Below, one piece after another: positions 47,129-57,310 of a stretch of 64,000 bases of DNA. Numbering within the stretch: the first letter of the stretch is position 1; the number at the start of each line of letters is the position of its first letter. The DNA is from Treponemataceae bacterium (lineage in GTDB: Bacteria > Spirochaetota > Spirochaetia > Treponematales > Rectinemataceae), in assembly GCA_963667725.2 (NCBI GenBank), contig CAXXHO010000005.1, positions 768,001 to 832,000 on the forward strand, read 5' to 3'. The notes beneath the pieces were generated by a model that was not told the origin of the DNA, did no database searches, and saw nothing but the letters and a program-made list of their open reading frames with translations. Position numbers and translations under genes: made by a program.

Positions 47129-47962
47129 ATGGCGAAGAAGTTGAAGGTCGCATTACTCGCGATCGCGGTGATTAGTCTCATTATAGGTCTCACGGCTTGC
47201 GCCGGGGCGCCAGCTCCTGTTGACAAGTCGAAAGCGGAGCTGGTTACGTACGTACCGGAAACCAAGGTTAAAAAAGCATATCAGGTGCTCAACGACGGGA
47301 TGTATGTGTTGGAAGGCGTCGTCAGGACGGAAGACGGACAGCTGGCCGACTGCGACATCGAAGAGATAAATACGATGCTGGTCTGGGGAAATTTCGCATC
47401 GAACAAGATCACCAAGGATGAGATGGCGAAGCTGGGAGAAGACAACATGTTTACGGCCTTGTTTAAAGGACATGGAACTGCCGTGCCTACTCAATTCGCC
47501 AAATATGTCCAAGTAGGGGATATAGTCTTCACCGCAAGCGCCGACGCTAATGGGCAGATCATCTATACATCCGATACGACCGGTGAAGTAGTTTCATATT
47601 TTACGAAGAGCGAAGACAACATAGCCTTGTTTTTCAAGGAGATGCGTTTCGGGAATTACTGGCTGCTGAAAAAAGTTGACAAGGGTTACGAAAAATTCGA
47701 AATCGCTTCTTTCTTCCAGGATATCCCAGGCGCCACTCTCGAAAAGAGCAAAAGCCAGAACAAAAAATATTGCATGCACTGGGACAACTGGGTTCCCAAC
47801 ATCTACAAAATCGAAACCTTCTTCAAGACAAATGGCTTTATCTCCGGGAACTTCAAACAGGGCTCCGACGGAACGTGGGCTGTCGCGGATGTCGTCACCG
47901 GAGCTACAATAGCTGAGTTCGAAGGATATGCCGGAATCCTGTACAAGGCGAACAGCAAATAA
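47129..47962 (+). CDS. Lipoprotein with C-terminal FMN-attachment-like motif
   Basis: SD AAGGAG, lipobox LTA-C, C-terminal ADVVTGATI. Confidence 0.7.
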   Translation: MAKKLKVALLAIAVISLIIGLTACAGAPAPVDKSKAELVTYVPETKVKKAYQVLNDGMYVLEGVVRTEDGQLADCDIEEINTMLVWGNFASNKITKDEMAKLGEDNMFTALFKGHGTAVPTQFAKYVQVGDIVFTASADANGQIIYTSDTTGEVVSYFTKSEDNIALFFKEMRFGNYWLLKKVDKGYEKFEIASFFQDIPGATLEKSKSQNKKYCMHWDNWVPNIYKIETFFKTNGFISGNFKQGSDGTWAVADVVTGATIAEFEGYAGILYKANSK

Positions 47963-48006
47963 AAACCGATTTATCATGTATCAGTGATTTGGATATACGA
48001 AGCAAG

Positions 48007-48047
48007 ACGGGCTGCCGACGATAGTGATCGTTTAGCAGCCCGTTTTT
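48007..48047 (+). terminator. Intrinsic terminator
   Basis: ACGGGCTGC...GCAGCCCGT followed by TTTT. Confidence 0.75.
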
Positions 48048-48132
48048 GTATCCGAAGCGTATGGTTGGTGCCACATAAACCTCGTCGGTTTTACGCCTGC
48101 CTATAAGGGAAAAAACGAGAAGTGAAAATACC

Positions 48133-48162
48133 TTGACGACGGCCGCCCTCGACCGGTATAGT
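48133..48162 (+). promoter_or_regulatory. Putative sigma70 promoter of tRNA-Gly
   Basis: TTGACG-N18-TATAGT about 45 nt upstream of the tRNA. Confidence 0.55.
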
Positions 48163-48205
48163 GACCTGTAAAAATCGCGTCGAGAGAAGCGACGCAGGTC
48201 CAATC

Positions 48206-48276
48206 GCGACCGTCGTATACCGGTATTACCCGAGCTTCCCAAGCTCGAGAAGCGGGTTCGACTCCCGTCGGTCGCT
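48206..48276 (+). tRNA. tRNA-Gly (anticodon CCC), CCA not encoded
   Basis: Acceptor GCGACCG/CGGTCGC; anticodon arm CGAGC-TTCCCAA-GCTCG; T arm GCGGG-TTCGACT-CCCGT; discriminator T; 71 nt. Confidence 0.93.
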
Positions 48277-48373
48277 CTACGATAACGTCATTTTACGTTC
48301 GGTTTGGCGCTTCCGCCGGTTTTTCGATGGCTTCGCCGCCGCGCGCGTGGTAGAATCCCACGCGGAAACCCCC

Positions 48374-49375
48374 ATGGAAAAAATGTCAGCGCGGAAAGCA
48401 TCCGCCCGCCCACTTCTCTTCGCCGCCATACTATTCGCGCTCGTCGCGCAGTCCTGCGGGAACCTGTTCCCGCCTCCATCGCCTTACGACGAGAATCCGG
48501 ACGAGGCCGAGCGCCTGACCATACTGGCCGACATACATCTGCCCTATAAGGCTTCGAAGCTCGAAAACGCCGCCGAGGGCGAGGCGCGGACCGCCGCCAA
48601 GCTGGCCATGCGCGATGATATCAACGCCTGGACCGATACGAGTCGCGTCATCCTGACCGGAGACATGGTCGGCGAGCGGGGATGCCCGGATGAGTATGCC
48701 ATCGCGCTTTCCTATATTTCGGGCTTGAGCGGCCAGGTCCGCCCCATCGCTGGCAATCACGAGTACACCTATTCCGACGAGTTCGGCCCGACGGGGAGCC
48801 TCGTCCTCTGCGAGGCGGACGAGAGGGCGCGGAAACTGGAATATTTCAAGACCGCTATGGGATTGGAGTCCCTCCAGCGCGAAGAGGAGCTGGGCGGCTA
48901 CGAACTGATCTACCTTTCCTCCGATTCGCTCGACACGAGCCGCCGGGTCGGGATCTCGCCGGAGTCCCTCGCATGGCTCGACGATTGCCTATCCGCGCAC
49001 GCGTCGCTTCCGACGATTATTTTCTTCCACGCGCCGCTCAAGGGAACGCTAAACGTCAAGGGCAAGCCGGCTTCCGGAAATAGCGTCGCCCAACCCACGG
49101 ACGCGATCCACGAGATCCTCGGGCGCCATCCCCAGGCCTTCCTTTGGGTTTCGGGGCACACGCACACGAGGCCGAGCAACGCGTCCTTCGCGTCGCCAAT
49201 CAACCTGTACGATGGCCGCGTCATGAACATCCACTGCCCCGATTCGGATCGTATCGATCCTTGCACGAACTCCTTGTGGCTCTATCCCGACCATGTCCTG
49301 ATCAGAACCTACGATCATCGGCGAGGCGCCTGGCTCACGAGGCTGGACCGGCGCGTGGCGGCCTGGGGCCGTTAG
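48374..49375 (+). CDS. Calcineurin-like metallophosphoesterase, probable lipoprotein
   Basis: ADIH, TGD, AGNHE, FFH, SGHTH; lipobox-like VAQS-C. The track start at 48161 runs through the tRNA and is rejected. Confidence 0.88.
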   Translation: MEKMSARKASARPLLFAAILFALVAQSCGNLFPPPSPYDENPDEAERLTILADIHLPYKASKLENAAEGEARTAAKLAMRDDINAWTDTSRVILTGDMVGERGCPDEYAIALSYISGLSGQVRPIAGNHEYTYSDEFGPTGSLVLCEADERARKLEYFKTAMGLESLQREEELGGYELIYLSSDSLDTSRRVGISPESLAWLDDCLSAHASLPTIIFFHAPLKGTLNVKGKPASGNSVAQPTDAIHEILGRHPQAFLWVSGHTHTRPSNASFASPINLYDGRVMNIHCPDSDRIDPCTNSLWLYPDHVLIRTYDHRRGAWLTRLDRRVAAWGR

Positions 49376-49608
49376 TGTGCGGTAAGATCAATTCAACGAA
49401 GGCGGAATTAACGCGCTCCTTAGCGACAAGACAAGGCTTCCACACATGCTGCCAATTTCAGATCCTGTGAAAAACGAGGTGCGGGTGAACTGCAAGTGCC
49501 CGAAGGGGAGGACACTTCATATTATTGCAGATAACTATTCAATGCATATGACCAAAGAAGTGCGAGAGTATCTTGAATCCATTGATTTTGGATGATATGG
49601 CTTCCGGA

Positions 49609-49656
49609 GAGCTTCCCAAGCTCGAGAAGCGGGTTCGACTTTCGTCGGTCGCTCTA
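49609..49656 (+). repeat. 48-bp direct repeat of the tRNA-Gly 3' half (attR-like)
   Basis: Matches 48232-48279 at 46/48 positions (CCC to TTC in the T stem). Confidence 0.9.
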
Positions 49657-49857
49657 GAAACCAAAAGTCCGCGTAAAGCGAGCCTTTTCATTTTTACGGA
49701 AGAAATATCATAGTGAAGGAAAAAGTCTCGTTTGCATGGTTCCCCAATACATTATATATCGGAAATACGCCTTATAAAGTTATTTACGAGATAATGACCC
49801 CTCACCCAAGGCAAGCTATCCAATGCGATCAGGGTCAATTTTTAAGGTAGTATTTGC

Positions 49858-49915
49858 TTGACAACCAGAAAAATCAAAGACATACTCAAATAGCAAAACG
49901 TTTTGACAACGTTTG
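49858..49915 (+). promoter_or_regulatory. sigma70 promoter with LacI-type operator
   Basis: TTGACA(49858)-N17-CATACT(49881); palindrome CAAAACGTTTTG (49894-49905) plus imperfect ACAACGTTTG; LacI gene ends the operon. Confidence 0.75.
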
Positions 49916-49938
49916 ACAAAACCAAGGAGGTGAAAGTG

Positions 49939-51168
49939 ATGAAAAGGCTTGCCGTGTTCACTATTATTCTAGTGAGCGTTCTCATGCCGGCGTTCTCGGC
50001 GCCGACCACGTTGACTGTACTCTGGTTCAACGATGCAAATGAATCCGAAGTATTTAAAAATACGATGGCGGATTATGTGGCAAAGAATCCAAACGTCAAA
50101 CTGGATGTACAAGTCGTGGCTTTCAGCGCCTATGAGCAGAAGCTGAAGCTGATGATCGCGGGAGGCAATCCTCCCGATGTCGCCCGGATTACGAATAATC
50201 AGATTTCAGCCTTGATCGATGCATTATTGCCCCTGGACGGAAAAATTCCAGGCTTGGAGGAAATGAAGAAAAACTACCTGTCCGCTTCGCTTGCCTTCGC
50301 CCTGGATGGTAAGGGGAAGCTCGTGGCATTCCCTACCGAAGCGACCGCGAATGGTATGCTGGTGAATAAAACAGCCTTTAAAAACGCGGGAATCGATGTG
50401 GACGCGGTTTCGAAAACCTGGACATGGACAGACTGGGAAACAATTATCGCCAAGGTTGTCGCGGTCAACTCCAAGATGAAGTACGGATTGGCGGTGGATT
50501 TCACGCCCCATAGGTTTTCCACACTGATGTTCCAGCAAGGAGGTCATTTCCTGAATGCCACCCAAACCGGGATGGACTTTGACAACCCGGGAACTATCGC
50601 CTCGCTGCGTTTCTTCAAGAGTCTGCACGACAAGGGCCTGATGCCGAAATCAGTCTGGCTGGGATCGGAGAATCCCGCCGAGCTTTTTCAAGCCGGCCTT
50701 GTGGCATGCCATATCGGAGGAAGCTGGAATATCAACACTTATAAACAAAACGTAAAGGATTTCGAATGGGGCGCCGTCAGAATGCCTAAGGGAGCGATTA
50801 ATTCCTCGGTACCAGGAGGAAAATTCATCGCCACTTTCAAGGGAGGGAAGAACGAAGCCGAAGCCCTGCGCCTGATCACCGCGTTCGCGGACAAGGATCA
50901 CACATCGGCCTATGTGCGGGATACGTTCAATCTCTCGTCCCGCACGGACACCGTCGTAAATTACCCATCCAACAGCCGGGACTTCGCCATCTTCCTTGAA
51001 GAACTCAAGGTAACTCCCTCGTTTACCGCCGATGAGTGGAAAAATGTAGAACTGAACAAGGTTAGCACCTTCATACGGGAACAAATAGTGCAAGTACTGA
51101 TGGGAAATCTGACACCTGAACAAGCAGCCAAGGCGGTACAGGAAAAGGGATCTACTTATTTCAAGTAA
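49939..51168 (+). CDS. Carbohydrate ABC transporter substrate-binding protein (CUT1)
   Basis: SD AAGGAGG; signal peptide; AGGNPPDV, VNKTAFKNAG, FQAG motifs. Confidence 0.9.
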   Translation: MKRLAVFTIILVSVLMPAFSAPTTLTVLWFNDANESEVFKNTMADYVAKNPNVKLDVQVVAFSAYEQKLKLMIAGGNPPDVARITNNQISALIDALLPLDGKIPGLEEMKKNYLSASLAFALDGKGKLVAFPTEATANGMLVNKTAFKNAGIDVDAVSKTWTWTDWETIIAKVVAVNSKMKYGLAVDFTPHRFSTLMFQQGGHFLNATQTGMDFDNPGTIASLRFFKSLHDKGLMPKSVWLGSENPAELFQAGLVACHIGGSWNINTYKQNVKDFEWGAVRMPKGAINSSVPGGKFIATFKGGKNEAEALRLITAFADKDHTSAYVRDTFNLSSRTDTVVNYPSNSRDFAIFLEELKVTPSFTADEWKNVELNKVSTFIREQIVQVLMGNLTPEQAAKAVQEKGSTYFK

Positions 51169-51212
51169 TATCTCTTGGATGTGAAGTCGAGCAACAATCG
51201 GAAGGGCGGCGA

Positions 51213-52103
51213 ATGAGAAAAAAAACGAAAAACAGCTTTAATCAGGCAACGGCTCCTATTCTTTTTCTCTTACCGAATATGATAATTTTTTCGGTATTCA
51301 TTATCATTCCCGCCTTCCAGGGATTGCGCATGGCTGCCTATGAATGGGGAATTCTTTCTACACCACGTTTTATCGGATGGGCGAATTTCCTTGAGCTGTT
51401 GAACGACGCAGTTTTCTGGAAAACATTTTCCAACACCCTGATTTATTCATTGTTCTCGGTACCATTATTGGTAGCAGTTGCGTTGCTCCTGGCCTTCTTT
51501 CTGCAAGATAATTCGATGAAGGGTGTACGTACATTCAGGTCGCTGTTTTACATCCCTTCGTTGTTAAGCATGATCACTGTCGGAATAGCGTGGCGATTTA
51601 TTCTAAGCGACGAGATGGGCATCGCGAATTACCTGATAAGGTCCATGGGAGGGGAAGACATTCACTGGCTTACGGAGCCGGGCACTGCCATGCTGAGCAT
51701 CATTCTTATTACGGTGTGGGCAGGTGCGGGTTATTTCATGGTGATAATGATAGCCGGTTTTCAGGCGATACCGCAGGAGTTGTACGAAGCCGCCCGGATA
51801 GATGGAGCCTCCCCTCAGGATACTTTCTGGAAAATTACCCTACCCATGCTTCGCGGCACTATTTTAGTAACCCTCGTCCTGGCAACCATCAATTCTTTCA
51901 AGGCCTATGAGTTGATAATAGTCACCACCGGCGGCGGGCCGGGGTATGCCACGAAATTCATTGTCCAACAGGTGTACCAAGCCGCCTTCATGGAAGATCG
52001 AATGGGCTATGCGGCCATGATGTCCATCGTGTTGATGATCCTCATCTCCGTGATCACCGCATTCCAATTCGTTCTTACGGGGAAGAAGCAAGATTATGAA
52101 TAG
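51213..52103 (+). CDS. Carbohydrate ABC transporter permease
   Basis: FIGWANF, ELYEAARIDGAS..TFWKITLP, MGYAA. Confidence 0.92.
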   Translation: MRKKTKNSFNQATAPILFLLPNMIIFSVFIIIPAFQGLRMAAYEWGILSTPRFIGWANFLELLNDAVFWKTFSNTLIYSLFSVPLLVAVALLLAFFLQDNSMKGVRTFRSLFYIPSLLSMITVGIAWRFILSDEMGIANYLIRSMGGEDIHWLTEPGTAMLSIILITVWAGAGYFMVIMIAGFQAIPQELYEAARIDGASPQDTFWKITLPMLRGTILVTLVLATINSFKAYELIIVTTGGGPGYATKFIVQQVYQAAFMEDRMGYAAMMSIVLMILISVITAFQFVLTGKKQDYE

Positions 52104-52917
52104 ACGCGGCAAGCCTTTTTTACTTTATGCACTGATCGCGTTATTCGCGGCGATGACGGTGTTTCCGATACTATGGGCAGCGCTTTCCTCCTTTAAGCCG
52201 CAGTCGGAACTATTCACCGTTCCCCTTAAACTTCTCCCCTCTAGCTGGACAACGTCAAATTATGTTGCCGCTGTCGGGCAGGGTAATTTTCTACAATATT
52301 TTTCAAATACCGTGTTCGTAGCGGTGACAGCCACGCTCATCACGGTGACCATAAATCTAATGGCCGGATACGCGCTGGCCAAATATAAGTTTCCAGGCCG
52401 AGAGGCAATATTCACCATAATGCTGGCTACGTTGATGATACCGCTGCAAGTGATTATGGTTCCGATATTTCTCCAATTGAAAGCCCTCGGACTTCTCAAT
52501 TCGCTTTGGGGTATTATCATTCCCCCCGCGGCGACTCCCACCGGAATATTTCTCGCGCGGCAATATCTTCAGACTTTGCCCGATTCACTCATAGAGGCGG
52601 CCAGGATCGACGGAGCCGGAGAGCTTTTCATTTTTCGCAAAGTTATAGCGCCCTTGGCGAAACCGGTCATAGCAACTATCGCGATTTTTTCATTCATGTG
52701 GCGATGGAATGATTATCTCTGGCCTCTTATCGTGATAACGGACAATAAAAAACAGACTATGCAGCAAGCTTTGGCCAACTTTGTCGGACAACTTCAGATC
52801 AATTGGTCAAGTCTATTAGCCATGACGACGATCGCCATCATTCCCATGATCATAGTGTTTCTCCTTTTCCAAAAGCATTTCTTGTCAGGCATCACAACTG
52901 GCGCGGTAAAAGGCTAG
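52096..52917 (+). CDS. Carbohydrate ABC transporter permease
   Basis: SLIEAARIDGAGE, WNDYLWP, GAVKG terminus. Confidence 0.92.
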   Translation: MNRRGKPFLLYALIALFAAMTVFPILWAALSSFKPQSELFTVPLKLLPSSWTTSNYVAAVGQGNFLQYFSNTVFVAVTATLITVTINLMAGYALAKYKFPGREAIFTIMLATLMIPLQVIMVPIFLQLKALGLLNSLWGIIIPPAATPTGIFLARQYLQTLPDSLIEAARIDGAGELFIFRKVIAPLAKPVIATIAIFSFMWRWNDYLWPLIVITDNKKQTMQQALANFVGQLQINWSSLLAMTTIAIIPMIIVFLLFQKHFLSGITTGAVKG

Positions 52918-52920
52918 GAT

Positions 52921-55338
52921 ATGAAAAAAACAGTCGGGAATCTTTATGACTACAAATTGGATTCAGGGCAGGGAAATCATGCTCTCTTCACCGCCTTCGG
53001 AGAGGGAGGGAAAATTCATGTATCGTTCCATACACCCACTGTAATCAAAGTGGAATATGAATTTGACGGCATAAAAATCGCGCCGGAATTCAGGGAAGCC
53101 AGCTCTTTTATCACCTCGGGTGACTATACAAATCTGGTGGCACCCAACGTTTCTATAGAAGAAACAGACCTTGATTATTCACTGGCCGTATCAAATGGAC
53201 CACATCCTCCTACTATCGTGCGCATAGAGAAAAAGCATGGCACTCAGTCAGTTTATCAGGGAGAATTCCTCGTTCATGGCGGCAAGCTCGGGACTCATGA
53301 CACGGTTATTCCGACCTATCCGGTGCGATGCCTTTCCGAGAGCATGGATTTATCCCCGCTCGCGCGATTCAACTTCCCCCTAGCGGCCGAGGATGCATTT
53401 TATGGCTTGGGCGATAAGGCGGGACCACCCAACCGTCGCGGGTTTCGATTCAAGTTTTCCAATCGAGATGCCTTGGGCTACGACGCCGAAAAATCGGATC
53501 CACTCTACAAATCAATACCATTTTTTATAAAGAAAAATGTAGTCACCGGAGTCTGTTGCGGCCTTTTTTTCCCCTCCGCGTGGATCGAAGACATGGATTT
53601 TGGCAGGGAAAGCCCTTACTACTTCAAGGTCGATGTAAGAGGCGGGCCTTTTTCCTATTTCATCTTCTTAGGCCCGGCCTATCGGGACATTTTGGAAGCC
53701 TATTCCCGCATCACAGGTTTCCCGACGCTACCTCCGCTCTTCAGTTTCGGCTTTTTAGGATCTTCGATGAACTATGTGGAAGGAGACGATGCGGAGGAAA
53801 AAATAGAGCGGTATTTCAACAGGGTGGAGGAAGAAGAAATTCCTTGCGAAGGAATGTATGTATCCTCGGGATATTTAAAGGCTCAAGACGGAAAACGATA
53901 TGCGTTTCTTTGGAATAAGGACAAGTTTCCCGATTACCAATCATTTATCAGAAAGCTTTCTGGTCGAGGCTACAATTTATGCATGAACATAAAGCCCGGT
54001 ATACTCTGTTCGCACCCCTGGTATAAAAAGATCGCATCGAATGGATTTTTAATAAAGAATGCCGAAGGAAGGCCATACAAGGAATTCTTCTGGGGCGGGG
54101 AAGCTTCCTTCATCGATTTTGACAATCATTCAGCGGCAGCGTGGTGGAAATCCCAGCTTAGGGAAACGTATATCGAACATGGCTGTACGGGAATCTGGAA
54201 TGATAATAATGAGCTCGAGTTGGAGGAACCTGGACTTCCCGTATATAAGACCAAACAGTTGTACCCAGTTAAAATGGCCAAGGCGGCATACGAGGCATTC
54301 AAAGAATTCAATCCGGAAGAAAGGCCTTGGATTTATTCGCGCTCGGGATATTCGGGATTGCAGCGATATGCCCGCACATGGACAGGGGACAATTGCAGCG
54401 ATTGGAAGACACTGCAATTCAATCAATATATGGGGTTGTCCCTCGGTCTGAGCGGCATGCCCTTTTACGGTCATGATTTGGGAGGATTCTTCGGTGATCC
54501 GCCCTCCGAGGAGCTGTTGATGCGTAGCTGTCAGTCTGCCGTGTTTCAGCCCCGTTTCGTGATACATTCCTGGCGGGAAGATGGAAACCCTACCGAACCC
54601 TGGACCTTTCCCCGAGTCAAGGATCGAATTCGCGAATATATCCTCGAACATTACCGATTCATGCCCTATACCTACAATTGTGCGATCATGGCATCATTGC
54701 ACGGCTTGCCTATCGAAAGGCCGCTATTCCTGGAATATCCTGAAGACAGGCATCTGAATGAGCTGGATCCCCATTATATGTACGGGCCGTCAATTCTGAA
54801 AGTCCTCGTCGTTCGGGAGTCAGATCTGGCCACCACCGTACGATTTCCTTCCTCCGATTCCTGGTATGATCCGGTAGAACATTATCTATATCAACATGGC
54901 GGCAGCGCTCTGGTGAAAGTTCCCTTAGAAGGAGCGCGATGGTTCGCGAAGGCGGGATCAGTGATCCCGACAAGTCCTGGGCTTGTCAAGTTGAACACCG
55001 CCTATTTCGCGTTAGTCGATTTTATGGCATACCCTCCCGATAAAACCGAAGAGCGGGTGTTCACCTATTTTGAGGATGACGGCAAAGCTGAATGGAGCCT
55101 TGGTCGATACAACGAATGGGTGATTCATCTGGCTTACGACAAGAACAAGCATCATGGCACTATTAGAATTCATGAAGCGTACCATGGAGGAACAGATTCC
55201 GATCCTGATCGCGCATTCCGCTTTTCCCTTCCCCCTTCTTTCCAGTTCACCGGAAGCGCTGCAGCCGAGATTACGGTAGGACAACTTCATCTTGATGGAA
55301 CTTACGCATTGGATTTTGAGGGTGGCTATCACGGATAA
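52921..55338 (+). CDS. Glycoside hydrolase family 31 (Aec37-like subgroup)
   Basis: FYGLGDK, DPLYKSIPF, SSGY...KRYAFLWN..KFPD, WNDNNE nucleophile motif, WTGDN acid/base, GHDLGGF, PRFVIHS. Confidence 0.92.
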   Translation: MKKTVGNLYDYKLDSGQGNHALFTAFGEGGKIHVSFHTPTVIKVEYEFDGIKIAPEFREASSFITSGDYTNLVAPNVSIEETDLDYSLAVSNGPHPPTIVRIEKKHGTQSVYQGEFLVHGGKLGTHDTVIPTYPVRCLSESMDLSPLARFNFPLAAEDAFYGLGDKAGPPNRRGFRFKFSNRDALGYDAEKSDPLYKSIPFFIKKNVVTGVCCGLFFPSAWIEDMDFGRESPYYFKVDVRGGPFSYFIFLGPAYRDILEAYSRITGFPTLPPLFSFGFLGSSMNYVEGDDAEEKIERYFNRVEEEEIPCEGMYVSSGYLKAQDGKRYAFLWNKDKFPDYQSFIRKLSGRGYNLCMNIKPGILCSHPWYKKIASNGFLIKNAEGRPYKEFFWGGEASFIDFDNHSAAAWWKSQLRETYIEHGCTGIWNDNNELELEEPGLPVYKTKQLYPVKMAKAAYEAFKEFNPEERPWIYSRSGYSGLQRYARTWTGDNCSDWKTLQFNQYMGLSLGLSGMPFYGHDLGGFFGDPPSEELLMRSCQSAVFQPRFVIHSWREDGNPTEPWTFPRVKDRIREYILEHYRFMPYTYNCAIMASLHGLPIERPLFLEYPEDRHLNELDPHYMYGPSILKVLVVRESDLATTVRFPSSDSWYDPVEHYLYQHGGSALVKVPLEGARWFAKAGSVIPTSPGLVKLNTAYFALVDFMAYPPDKTEERVFTYFEDDGKAEWSLGRYNEWVIHLAYDKNKHHGTIRIHEAYHGGTDSDPDRAFRFSLPPSFQFTGSAAAEITVGQLHLDGTYALDFEGGYHG

Positions 55339-55364
55339 CACATATTCATCAAAAGGATGTTCAT

Positions 55365-56378
55365 ATGGACGTAAGCGTTAAGCAGCTAATGCTTGTTGGT
55401 AAGTTGAAGATCGAGATTAGAGAAAAAACACTTTCCGCGGAGCCTGGCAGCGTAGTGGTAAAAAATCACTACGCACTAATAAGCCCAGGGACCGAATTGG
55501 CGTTGTTTACTGGTACCCACATAGGATTTTCAGATCCGGAAATCACCTGGGCTCGTTACCCATTGCAGCCCGGCTATGCCTCAGTAGGCACGATCACTTT
55601 CATCGGCTGCGATGTTACGGGATTTACCATAGGCGAGCAGGTTCTCCATTTTAAGCCTCATGCCGATCAAGCAATCCTTACACCGAGAAAGGATTTGATT
55701 TTTAAAATACCTGTGGGGCTAGACAGTAAAAGAGCCCTATTCGCCCGGTTTGGCCAGATAGCATACACGGCTGTTGCCGCATCCGGAAAGAAGGATGGAA
55801 ATGTGCTTGTGCTTGGTGGTGGAATCGTCGGCAATTTATGCGCTCAGCTTTTTCAAGCCAAACAGGGACGAAAAGCGATAATCGCAGATATTGCCCAATC
55901 CCGTGCCGCCTTGGCATTGCGCTGCGGAGTCGATGCATCAATCTGCACTTCGATCCGCGATATTGAAGAAGCGATCCCTTCGCTTACCAATGGAGAAGGA
56001 GTATCCACCGTCGTGGAGGCAACGGGGGTTCCGAATCTCGTAACGGAATCGCTTAAGGTGGTGAATAGACTTGGAGAGGTAATCCTTCTCGGTTCCACAA
56101 GGGGGAAGGTGGAAATAGACGTCTACAAGCTAGTCCACCGCAAAGCCGTCAGCCTGGTTGGGGCGCACGAAAGCAGATATCCGCTTTTTTCGACATCCGA
56201 ATCCCTCGCTTCACATAATTTGTTCGGTAATGAGGTGCTAAGGATGATAGCGGGGAACGAGCTCAAGGTAGAGGAGTTCCTAACGGATATCGTACCACCA
56301 GCGCGGGTGGCCGACGCCTATGATCTTCTACTGAATGATCGTGATACGCATCTCGGAATAATAATCGACTGGGAATGA
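55365..56378 (+). CDS. MDR family dehydrogenase lacking canonical zinc motifs
   Basis: ISPGTE, YPLQPGY in place of GHE, GGGIVG, VVEATG. Confidence 0.85.
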   Translation: MDVSVKQLMLVGKLKIEIREKTLSAEPGSVVVKNHYALISPGTELALFTGTHIGFSDPEITWARYPLQPGYASVGTITFIGCDVTGFTIGEQVLHFKPHADQAILTPRKDLIFKIPVGLDSKRALFARFGQIAYTAVAASGKKDGNVLVLGGGIVGNLCAQLFQAKQGRKAIIADIAQSRAALALRCGVDASICTSIRDIEEAIPSLTNGEGVSTVVEATGVPNLVTESLKVVNRLGEVILLGSTRGKVEIDVYKLVHRKAVSLVGAHESRYPLFSTSESLASHNLFGNEVLRMIAGNELKVEEFLTDIVPPARVADAYDLLLNDRDTHLGIIIDWE

Positions 56379-56388
56379 GGAGCAAGAC

Positions 56389-57252
56389 ATGATGGAACGA
56401 AAGTCAAGGCTGACAGGCATTGGGGACGAGGGTGGAGCCAGTATAGCAGTACAGATTTCCAACCATCGAAATTTGGGGTGGGACAGCATTGAGTTGCGGA
56501 GTATCGATGGAAAAAACATATGCGAGATGGATGACAAGGCATTCGATTCCGTCTATGCCGAAATAAAGGAAGCAGGGATCCGCACAATCTGTTTCGGCTC
56601 GTCAATTGCAAACTGGGCCAGACCGATCAGTACCCCCTTTTCCCGAGATATCGAAGACCTGCGCCGGGCCGTTCCCAGGATGCGCCGCCTGGGGACATCC
56701 TTCATCAGGATCATGTCCTATCCCAATGACGGCGGGGATGAAAAATCTTGGAAGGTCGAAGTTTTTAAGCGAATGAGCGAACTCGTGACCATCGCCGAGG
56801 GAGAAGGCATTGTGCTTGTATTGGAAAATTGCGACGGGTGGGCATCGACAACGCCTCGGCAGCTTTCCGAACTTCTTTCTCATTTTCACACCAACGCGTT
56901 ACGGGTCGTTTTTGATCCAGGCAACCCGATAGGACACGGGGCTAACGTTGAAGATGTTTGGTCATTCTACCGAGCAGCCTTGCCGTATATTGTCCATTTC
57001 CATATCAAGGATTGTAGGCGCTTTCCGGATGGGAGCATACAACACGTAATGCCAGGAGATGGAGATTGCGACGTGGAGGAGATCATTCGTAACCTTGTGA
57101 AAACGGGATATTCAGGAATGTTCTCTATCGAACCTCATCTCTCGGTCAGCGCGCATCTTGGCAGTATATCATTCGAAGGCAATAATTTACAGGAAAACTA
57201 TCTTGAATATGGACGCCGAGCACAAGGAATACTAGATAAAATTGGAACCTAG
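56389..57252 (+). CDS. Sugar phosphate isomerase/epimerase (TIM barrel)
   Basis: IGDE, IELR, IRIMSY, LEN, FDPGN, HIKD, SIEPH. Confidence 0.88.
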   Translation: MMERKSRLTGIGDEGGASIAVQISNHRNLGWDSIELRSIDGKNICEMDDKAFDSVYAEIKEAGIRTICFGSSIANWARPISTPFSRDIEDLRRAVPRMRRLGTSFIRIMSYPNDGGDEKSWKVEVFKRMSELVTIAEGEGIVLVLENCDGWASTTPRQLSELLSHFHTNALRVVFDPGNPIGHGANVEDVWSFYRAALPYIVHFHIKDCRRFPDGSIQHVMPGDGDCDVEEIIRNLVKTGYSGMFSIEPHLSVSAHLGSISFEGNNLQENYLEYGRRAQGILDKIGT

Positions 57253-57310
57253 AAGAAAACACGTTGTTGATCAGGGGATTATCAAGTAGGATAATCCATA
57301 GAGGCTTAGG

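Noticed and set aside
48161..48373. N-terminal extension of the metallophosphoesterase ORF
   Set aside because: Runs through tRNA-Gly; the signal peptide begins at 48374 or 48383.
49609..49656. Second tRNA-Gly gene
   Set aside because: Lacks the 5' acceptor strand and D arm, and has T-stem changes; treated as an att-like repeat.
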